Source of the DNA: Epiperipatus broadwayi
Taxonomy: Eukaryota > Animalia > Onychophora
DNA length: 64,000 nt
Assembly: GCA_028023455.1 (NCBI GenBank)
Contig: JAQFVV010000008.1
Span: forward strand, 11,346,001 to 11,410,000
Direction of reading: 5' to 3'
The translations under genes and the position numbers were made by a program. Numbering within the stretch: position 1 is the first letter of the stretch; each line of letters begins with the position of its first letter. The notes beneath the pieces are model-generated. The model saw only the letters and a list, made by a program, of their open reading frames with translations. It did no database searches and had not been told where the DNA came from. Below, piece after piece: positions 41,721 to 51,380 of this stretch.

Positions 41721-42900
41721 TGCTTTGTTCCGCAAAATAAGTTAAAGTTTATATATTTTTTTAAATATAATCTGAAAAAAATTTTGTTGCTACAGAATTT
41801 TTTCCCCTTAATGTGTGGAGGTAAAAAAAAAAAAAATTGGAGTTAAGAGAAATAAATTTAATTGAATTTGGAAAGATATTGATAAGTTTGGAAAGCGAAT
41901 CATTATGCGATTTTAAATATAAGGAGGAAAAATATTTTGTTTGTGTTACTGTAAGGAGGCTTTAAAATTAAGTTGTACATAAGATTAATTGGTTTTTTAA
42001 TAGATTTTCTACTAGAAATTTTCAATTTAAAAAAAAGATTTATTTGAGAAAGAAGATAACATTTGAGGTATACGTGTTTATCAATCGCCATTAAAAAAGT
42101 TTTTCTCCTTTTGTATAAAGAGGTTTGAAATGTAGTAGAAAATAAAATTAAATATAAAATAGGAGAATTGAAAAATAAGGAATATGGTTTGTATTTCTAT
42201 CCCATAATGTCTACATAATGGTCAGAAAGTAATTTCGCATGTTATGGTAAAGTATACCGTATGTAATAAGGTTTATCATTTGAAATGCTTAAATAATCTT
42301 AAAAGGATGTTAATAGGTGTATGGTTATGTAGATCGTGTGCAAATGTGATAAAAGATGCGAAAAAGAGGTGAAAAAATGGAGCAAAAAGTAGTCGAAGAA
42401 GATAGAACAGAGTACGTTTTTATTGGAATGACAAGAAATCTAAATGACAATAAATAGTGCAATGGAGATGGTAAAGGATGTAGAAACAAAATTAAAATTG
42501 TTAGAGATGAGGTGTGAGCAGATTAAGGAATTAATAAATAAAAACAATAAGTAAGAACTTGATAATGAAGCCCAGAAGTTGGAAGAGAATAAAATGAATG
42601 AAGTAGGGAAAGTAAATTATGAGACAGTATTGATAGGAAACTCACTAATTAAGAGGATGTGGAGATGTAATTGTAAAAGAAAATAGAAACAGGCATGTAA
42701 GAATATGTTTGTATGGAACTAGAATTAGGGATATCACAGATAAGGTAAAGAAACAAGGGAGTAGAGATGTTTATGTTATGGTAGGGACAAATAATTTGTC
42801 AGAGCCATCAAAGAGAGTAATGGACAAGTGCATAAAATTGATTAGTAATTTGAGTAAGATTAAAGGAAGTGTAGGAATAGTTGGATTATTATCAAGATTC

Positions 42901-43450
42901 GACAATAGGTATATGTTAGTTAAAGCATGTTCTATAAATGAGATTGAAAAAATTATGCAAGAAATAATGTTGTGTTGTGGGTATGTGGGATTTTTTTTAT
43001 TAGCAATAGGGAGTTGTATAGTAAAGATGGATTGCACTTAGCACAACAAGAAGGTATAATACTAAGGAGGTTGATTTATAAAAAATATAATTCAGGAAAC
43101 TTATAAAGAAAACTAGGGCTTTAAATGGTAGCATTATCAAAAAGAAGAAGAATGAATAGGATGTAAGAAATAAACAATCGACAATAGATATATGTTAGTT
43201 AAAACATGTTCTATAAATGAGATTGAAAAAAATTATGCAAAAAATAATGTTGTGTTTGTGGGTATGTGGGATTTTTTTTATTAGCAATAGGAAGTTGTAT
43301 AGTAAAGATGGATTGCACTTAGCACAACAAGAAGGTATAATACTAAGGAGGTTGATTTATAAAAAATATAATTCAGGAAACTTATATAGAAAACTAGGGT
43401 TTAAATGGTAGCATTATCAAAAAGAAGAAGAATGAACAGAATGTAAAAAA
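42901..43450 (+). repeat. Recent 279-bp tandem duplication inside the LINE ORF1
   Basis: gacaatag.tatatgttagttaaa recurs at 42901 and 43180; the copies are nearly identical. Confidence 0.92.
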
Positions 43451-44564
43451 TAAACAAAGGTTAGCTGATTTACATATAAATAAAGTAGTGGAGAAGGAAT
43501 ACATCTGTAAAATTAATGATTTGTAAGTTACTTACAAATGTATTTACAAAAGAGTTAAAAGAATTTTATAAAAGGGTAGTAAGAAAAAAGAAATTGTTAA
43601 AATTGGATATTTGAATATGCAAGGTGATAGGAGACCAGAAAGTGGCTAGAATTAAAAAAAACAGTTAAAAATAAAAAACTTGATGGATTATCCAAAAGAA
43701 CCTACACTGGAAGACTTGGTATGGGAGGGTATAAATAGAAAAGAAAAAATGTGGTTGTATAGGAATTATGTCCAAAAAAAAAATTGAAATATTGTTAAGT
43801 GTCAAGAATATTTGTGGTTTGAGATAATGTTAGGAAGACAAGAAATGGATGGTGGCTATAATGTGTATGACCCCTGGGCGTAGTCAAACTATAATGGCTT
43901 GGAACAAAAGCTAAGGATACACAGAGTTTCAAAAAAAAAAATGTAGAAAATAATGGTTATAGGGGATATGAATGAGCATATTGAAGAAATTGATGACATG
44001 GATAACAAGAATGGATAGCTTTTGAAGCCATTTTTGCCAGAGAGTGAATTTGAGCAAATATTACAATCTAGAAATAATATATTTCACACAATAGATTATG
44101 TATTAGTAAAGAAAAAGGAAATGAATAAAGTATGAAAAATTAAAGTGTTTGATAATGAAGAGATAGTATATGTAATAGTGATCATAACTTCTTTAGAATA
44201 GAAATGTGAGGGAAAATAGTAATAAAAGTAGAAAGGATAGTGAAAGATTTGGATGGAGACTGAACGATAAGAATAAGTTAGAAGACTATAAAATAAAAGT
44301 AGAAGAAATCATGGAAAACTTTGGTTGAGGGTGAGTGTAAGGACAGGTGTGATGAAGTAGAAAAAGTGGTAAATAGGTTTTATGCGAGAATACTCAGAAG
44401 AATAAAAAGTCAATAAACATCACATGACCACCTCCTCTTATGCTTGTGTATAAACAGGCAAAACTCACTATATATATATTACCACAGACAGCAAGCTAGA
44501 GTAAGCAATGGATGCCAGAAGGCTTGTGCATAAAATCCCCATCTAGTGCCTACTTATCCAATAT

Positions 44565-44604
44565 CCCCAGACTAGTTTCTCACTTATGGCCTTCGTCAGT
44601 GAGG
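44565..44604 (-). ncRNA. Type I hammerhead ribozyme (family A), stem II damaged
   Basis: Same core, but the stem II 3' strand reads GUG instead of GCC. Lies 451 nt from the 45016 copy. Confidence 0.7.
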
Positions 44605-45015
44605 AGCTTGGATCTGAGAGCACTGTACCTAGATCTTAGGATCTAATGCAACCTTCCAGCAACCACCTTTTATCTCCATTTAACTACAAAACTATGGGTT
44701 TTAAATTGAAAACACCTTAATGTTTTCAATCCAATCCCATTAGCTTATAGTCATATGGGTCTGAACCCAGTTCAGTACCCATACATTTTGGTGTCTTTGG
44801 TTCTTAAATAACCATAGCCACCACTATCCTATTAGGCAGGATTGGTTTAAGCCAATAAACATCACATGGCCACCTCCTCTTATGCTTGGGTATAACTGTT
44901 GTTAAAACAGGCAAAACTCACTATATATATTGCCACAGACAGTAAACTAGAGTAAGCAATGGATGCCAGAAAGCTTGTGCATAAAATCCCCATCTAGTGC
45001 CTACTCATCCAATAT

Positions 45016-45055
45016 CCCCAGACTAGTTTCTGGCTTATGGCCTTCGTCAGTGAGG
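45016..45055 (-). ncRNA. Type I hammerhead ribozyme (family A), sense to host pre-mRNA
   Basis: Reverse complement is identical in the 40-nt core to 45549-45588. Predicted cut between 45021 and 45020. Confidence 0.82.
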
Positions 45056-45548
45056 AGCATTGGAACTGAGAGCACTGCACCTAGATCTTAGGATCTAATG
45101 CAACCCTCCAGCAACCACCTTTTATCTCCATTTAACTACAAAACTGAGTCTTAAACTGAAAACCCTTCAATGTTTTCAAACCAAGCCCATCCATTGCTTA
45201 CTCTAGCTTGCTGTGTGTGGCAATATGTATAGTGAGTTTTGCCTGTTTTAACAAGTTATACACAAGCATAAGAGAAGGTGGTCGTGATGTTTATTGGCGT
45301 AAAACCAATCCTGCCTAATAGGATAGTGGTGGCTATGGTTATTTAAGAACCAAAGACACAAAAATGTATGGGTATTGAAATGGGTTCAGACCCATATGAC
45401 TATATAAGCTAATAGGCTTGGATTGAAAACATTAAGGTGTTTTCAGTTTAAGACTCATAGTTTTGTAGATAAATGGAGATAAAACTTTTTTGCTGGAGGG
45501 TTGCATTAGATCCTAAGATCTAGGTGCAGTGCTCTCAGATCCAAAGTT

Positions 45549-45588
45549 CCTCACTGACGAAGGCCATAAGCCAGAAACTAGTCTGGGG
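45549..45588 (+). ncRNA. Type I hammerhead ribozyme (family A)
   Basis: CCUCA-CUGACGA-A-GGC-CAUAA-GCC-A-GAAA-CUAG-UC^UGGGG. Stem I CCUCA/UGGGG, extended past an internal loop by AUCCAA/UUGGAU. Stem III is the palindrome ACUAGU. Predicted cut at 45583/45584. Confidence 0.82.
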
Positions 45589-48127
45589 ATATTGGATGAG
45601 TAGACACTGGATGGGGATTTTATGCACAAGCCTTATGGCATCCATTGCTTACTCTAGCTTGCTGTGTATGGCAATATATATAGTGAGTTTTGCCTGTTTT
45701 AAGAATAAAAAGTAATAGAAAAGTGAGACTTAGCAAAAGTGTAAAAGGGGAAAAAGCATGCAGATAATATAAATGTGCCATTTAAAACAAAGAAGGTGGA
45801 AAAGATGATAATATTAAATGGAAAAAGTATTTTTAAAAAAAGAGGTTGGCTAATATTAAATGGAAAAAGTATTTTTTAAAAAAGAGGTTGGCTAAATAGA
45901 TAATTATAGAGTATGAAATTAAATAAATTGTTGGAGGATATTAATAAAAATGGAAGAGATGGTACTAAGAAATGTTGGAAATATATTAAAAGAAGGAATG
46001 TAGGGGAGAAAAAAATAGTATTACTAGAAAATGAAGAAATGAAAGGTAGCTGTTGAGAGGAATTAGAGATTATCTTAAATATGTAATAGATATAAAAAAG
46101 ATGTTAGGTGTGAAGGAAAGAGTGATAACTAGCATAAAAGCATATAGTAATGGAAATATTAGATTTACAGAAAATAAACTGAATGAAGCAGGAAAAAAAT
46201 TCGGAAAAATGGAAAGGTAAGAGGTTTAGATAGATGGATAGAAGAGATGGTGGATGATTTTAGGAAATAGGGCAAAATTAAATCTATTGTCATGTTTTAA
46301 TAAGATGACACTGAAGAGAGAATTTTCAGATAGCTGGAATAATAGAAGAGCAAGGCTGCTATTTAAAAAAAAGGGTAAAAATCATAGAAAGTTAAACAAT
46401 TATAGACCGATAGCAGTAACGTCAGTGTCATATAAAGTTTTTGTATTTATTTGTTGCAAAATGGATGGAATAAAATAATGTAATGGAAGAAATGCAAGAA
46501 GCATTGGATAGGGGTGTAGGAGATAGTTTATTTGTAGTCACACAAATAGATTATGGATAAGTTTAATAAATTTGGGAAAGGATGGAACTTTAGTGGATCG
46601 TATTAAGAGATTGTATGAAAATAATTAGTAAATGTATCAATTAGGAAATATAGAATCAGTTTAAGTTAAAAATGGGGTGGGACTAAGGCAAGGATGCTAT
46701 ATGTCACCTATTTTGTTTTTCTTATATTTGAGAGAAATGGTGAGAGCAGTAGAAAGATAGATAGTGGGGTAAAGATACCATTAATAGGTGGCAAAGAAGT
46801 ATATACATTATCAGGTCTTTTATTTGCAGATATCTTCTTGTGCATAGAAAATAAGGAAGATATGAAAGTGATGCTGAAGACATGCGTAAGGGTGAGTAAA
46901 AAGTTAGGGATTAAATTTAGTAAAGAAAAATCAAAAGTAATGATGATAAATGCTGGGAAAAGAGAAGAGAAAGAATTTTTATTATGGGATAAAGTTAAAT
47001 GTGGTGAGCAGGTATAACTATTTGGGAATCATCTTAAATCACAGAACTTGCTTGGATGAATGAGAGAAAAAATTGATAGATGTAGCAAAGACTGATAAAG
47101 AAATTAACAGTGTTTTCATATAATAAATATGATGTAGCTAGAATTGTATGGAAGAGAGTAGCAGCAACAGGATTAACATATGATAAATGATGTGTTAGTA
47201 AAGGGGTATTAGATTACTTAGAAAAAGTACATAGAAGTAGGAAGAAAGCCTTAGATGAAGATGTGTGGACAGCAAAGATAATTCAAGAAAAAATGGGATG
47301 GTCAAGTTTTTATATGAGAGATGCAAAAAGCAAAATGAAAATGTTCGGTAGACTGCAATTTATGGATAATAAGAGAATAGCCAAAATAGTATTTAATTGG
47401 GTTATGAGTAAAAGTCAGGCAACAGGATGGGTAAGTAGGATAGTACAGCATGGAGATTTTGGATGAAGAATTTATGTCCGTATACTTACACAAATGGTGG
47501 GGTGATTGTGTTAGAATTGTTGTGTTATAGTGGCAAGGAATGGGATAGAAGAATAGATGCATTAATAATAAAAAAAAAGAGAATTGGAGAGATGAACTAG
47601 TATGGCGAATAAAAAACTTTAAATATATATATAGAAGTGAACAGAATATTGGGTGCGAGATAATTTATGATAATAGCAAGGAAAGTAGTTTATTGTTTAA
47701 GGATAAAACAGAATCTTTAGCAACAAGGAATTATACACATAAATGGAAAAATATGGGTGATTTAGATTGCAAGTTATGTAAGAAAGTCTTAGAAAATATT
47801 ATACATCTGTTAATTGAATATAAATTGCCTGCAAGCAGAAACGGTTCAATAATGAAGTTGTGGGATAATAAATATAAACGAAGTGATTATACAGAAAGTG
47901 GATTCTTGGTTTTTATGCTAGGTTTGGGAAAAGGGGGATTTAGATATAAAGGCCATAGAATTGAAAAAGATTATGTTGTGGAAATAGGAGGGAGCAGAAT
48001 AGAAAAGAACATAGGAAAAACTTAGGATGAGAAAGGGAAAAGGTAAGGTGGCTAACAGGTTTCTCTGGGCAAAATGGCTGTGAGTTTCCATATTTCGAGA
48101 AAGAAGAAGCCACAGTGCATCACATAC

Positions 48128-49005
48128 TATTAATTGCTTTGTTTTGATAATGTCTTAATATTGAAACCATAAATTTATCTTTTTCTCTTTTTAAATTTAA
48201 TTTTGTAATTTTTCATTAACTTAATTTTCTTAATCTTCGCATATCCTTCTTTAAGCATTTAATATTATTTAATTGTAAAAGTGATTTTAATGCTTTTATT
48301 TTGTTAGACCAATTGCATTTGTTTTAATTCATTTTAGGTGAATGGAGGCGTAATATCTGTGCAATTTTACCTATAACAATCTCTTTGTTGACCTTTGTTT
48401 TCATAGTTGGCCTTAATATTGACGATTGTTTTTCTAAATATGGATTTTTCTAATTTCCAGCAACCAACTTTGTGTCGAAATTGAAAAAACGTTTAATATT
48501 TTGTGGAATAAAGAATTTAGTTAAATTAACACATTCATTGCCCTCTGCCTTAGGCAATTCTATATCCTGTTTGTCAGCTAAAAATTTTAATTTTTTATTG
48601 TATTTTAGCTAATTTCGAGCATTTGCCATTTATACTTTTGGAAATTTTATAATATTTTTGTAAATTCTTTAGTCATCGAAGCTAATTTTTAACCACCTTT
48701 TTGCATTCAGTAATAATCAATCAGTGCAACTGCTTCTTTAAGCAAAAGCCTCTCTGAAATACAGATTTATCAATTCATGATTTATTGCAAATAACATTCA
48801 GGCAATAAACAAGAAAGACTAATGCTTTGTATTATCATGCCAATGGTATATTTAAATTTATAAACTAATTTAACTTATAAATTCTATGAATATGACTGCT
48901 AAGCTATAAATTTTAAATAATAAATTTTTCTGGCATAGTGTACCATCACTATTTATCGAGTTATATACAAATAAAGAAAAAATAAAATCTGATTTACAAA
49001 TTTAT
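48128..49005. mobile_element. Penelope pseudo-LTR (48786-49005, plus) and inverted 5' segment (48128-48785, minus)
   Basis: 48786-49005 repeats the element's 3' end (~51105-51380). 48128-48785 is the reverse complement of ~49130-49790. This tandem/inverted arrangement is typical of PLEs. Confidence 0.8.
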
Positions 49006-51380
49006 AATGAATGACTATATTATGTATAAGACAGTATTGAAAATATTGAAAGCCATTACCATTAGAATGAAAGAATTATAATTTTAGAGCAGTGCTAACA
49101 TTTTCAAATTTTTCCCAACTGCGGCAAAATTTGAATTGATAAATCTATATTTCAGAGATAAAGTAGTCTTTGGTGCTTAAAGAAATAACTGCTCTGAATG
49201 ATTATTATCAGATGCAAAAAAGCAGTTAAAAATAAACTTGCAAATTAAAAAATTTATAAAAACAATATAAAATTCCCTAAAGTATAAATGATAAATGCTC
49301 AAATTAGCCACAACATTAAATCAAAACAATAAAAAATTACATAAGGTAGAGGGTGTCGAATTCATTAATTTAACTAAATTCTTTATTCCACAAAATATTA
49401 AACATGTTTTTGACTGCAGCCCAAAATTTGTTGCTAGATATTGGAAAAATCCATATTTAGAGAAACAATCACTGATATTGAGACCAACTACGAAAACAAA
49501 TCTCAATGAGAGGATATTATAGGCAAAACTGCGTAAGTATTATGCTTCCATCCATCTAAAATGAATAAAAACAAATGCAATTGGTCTAACAAAATAAAAG
49601 CATCAAAATCATTTTCATAATCCAATAATATTAAACGCTTAAAGAATGATAAGGGGAATAGATTTGTTCTCTTATCAAGCAAAGATTAGGAAAATAAAAT
49701 TTAAATGTTGAGAAGCATATAATTTAAAAAGAGAAAAAGATAAATTTATTGTTTCAATATTAAGACATTACCAAAACAAAGCAGTTACTAAATTTGAATA
49801 TAAAAGAATTTATCCGATAGCTGCCATTCCCCCAAGAATTTTTGCAAACGTAAAAATGATTAAAGTAAATCAACTTCTTTGGCTTTTAATAGATTTTGCG
49901 GGCACTTACTTTTATAAAACAGCCAAATTAATAGTCGAATGGTTAATTGATCACGTAGGTTTTGGAAAATTTGCTATCAAATCTTCATTTGAGTAAGAGC
50001 AATTTTTATATTTCTCACAATAGGCTTGCCTCATTAAATGTTGTGGAGCTTTATGGTTCAGTATCATACCAGCTATTTATTGATATAATTGATGACATTT
50101 TAGTTGAATTAAATTTCAATAAGCACAAAGGCAATTTTATAGTTGATACTCTAAAATGGACGGATGGATGTACAATATTATGACCCTTTCCAATGGGTTT
50201 TATACAATGGAACATGATTGACCTATGGGGCTATCCTAAAGTGAAATAATTTGTAACACAATATTGAACAAATTTCAATTGGCAATCATCCCAAAAAGGT
50301 TTGCTATAGCAACATCACTTTTATATATACACTACATAGTTATCTATGCTGAAGAAAAAACCATTATTGATGTATGGAAGATATCTTCTTTAGCATGGAC
50401 AATAGAAAATGAAAATACATCAAATGGTACAAAGGTCTTAGACATACATATCCAACATTCTTCAAAGACCCCCAACATACATGGTGCAATTCACTGACAT
50501 TTATACACTCCAATTTTGCACAAATTAGATGCCTTCACAAATGTTTCTGTACAGAAACTATAAATTATACAAGTTTAAAACAGACAGAAGAGACATCGAA
50601 AACTATATAAAAGATCTAGTCCATTCAGGGAATGATTATAATATATTAAATAAAGCTTTTAAAAACTCTATTCCTCTTTAAATACTATGCACCTAAATAA
50701 CAACAACATTAATCCATGGATCAGCCTTTCTTTTATAATGGGTATATCTAAAAAAGATGGAAACAATCTGCTCAAATGAATTCAATATTAGTTTTAGAAA
50801 CCCCCGTCCCCCTAATCGCAACTAAATGTTGAACAATTCCAAAGACAAATTAACTCCAGACCAAGTACTCCAAATAATTTATAAAATTAAATGCAATGAC
50901 CCAACCTGCAAAGCAATTTACTATGGTGAGTCTCGTGCCAACAACACTATAAGATTAACACAGCACAAATATATATACACATGCGCTAAAACAGGTCCAA
51001 ACATCAAATCTATAGTTTTAGAACATGAGATTGACTTGGGCCACAATTTCGATAAATATTAAAGTCATTTGTGTCGAGTGCAATGATAAAAAAATATATA
51101 AAGAGGCGTGGTTTATTGCAAATAACATCAATGTAATGAACAAGAAAGACTCGTGCATTGCATTATCATGCAAATGATACATTTAAATTTATAAACTCAT
51201 TTAACTTATAAATTCTATTCTCTTTAAAGCCATATTAATTATATGAATCCGATCAACCTGATCGAAAGCAAAGCTAAGCTGTAAACTTTTTAAAAAATAA
51301 TAAATTTATATCTTTCCGATATAGTATATAATCACTATTTATTGAGTTATATACAAATAAGAAAAAAATAAAATCTGATT
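49006..51380 (+). mobile_element. Penelope-like element, near-complete decayed ORF (RT + GIY-YIG)
   Basis: RT remnants (TAKLIVEWL, LNVVELYGSV, GL..GL.LS). IIYKIKCNDPTCKAIYYGESRANNTIRLTQHK is a GIY-YIG motif (ORF 50826). Confidence 0.85.

Larger units (their letters stand above)
44411..45700. mobile_element. Hammerhead retrozyme-like insertion A (~451-nt unit; ~1.7 units on minus, ~1.1 units on plus)
   Basis: Tandem units at 44411-45190 (minus sense) and an inverted arm at 45191-45700 (plus sense). Contains three HHR motifs. Exact 13-bp direct repeat aagaataaaaagt at 44398-44410 and 45701-45713. No ORF; inserted into a decayed LINE. Confidence 0.85.
42400..48060 (+). mobile_element. Decayed non-LTR retrotransposon with esterase-like ORF1, APE endonuclease, RT and C-terminal zinc knuckle
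   Basis: VLIGNSLI and VYVMVGTNNL (SGNH-esterase-type ORF1); GYLNMQG and VIGDMNEHI (APE); NYRPIAVTSVSYKVF, GLRQG and LLFAD (RT); CKLCKKVLENIIHLLIE. Interrupted by retrozyme A. Clade and boundaries are approximate. Confidence 0.8.
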
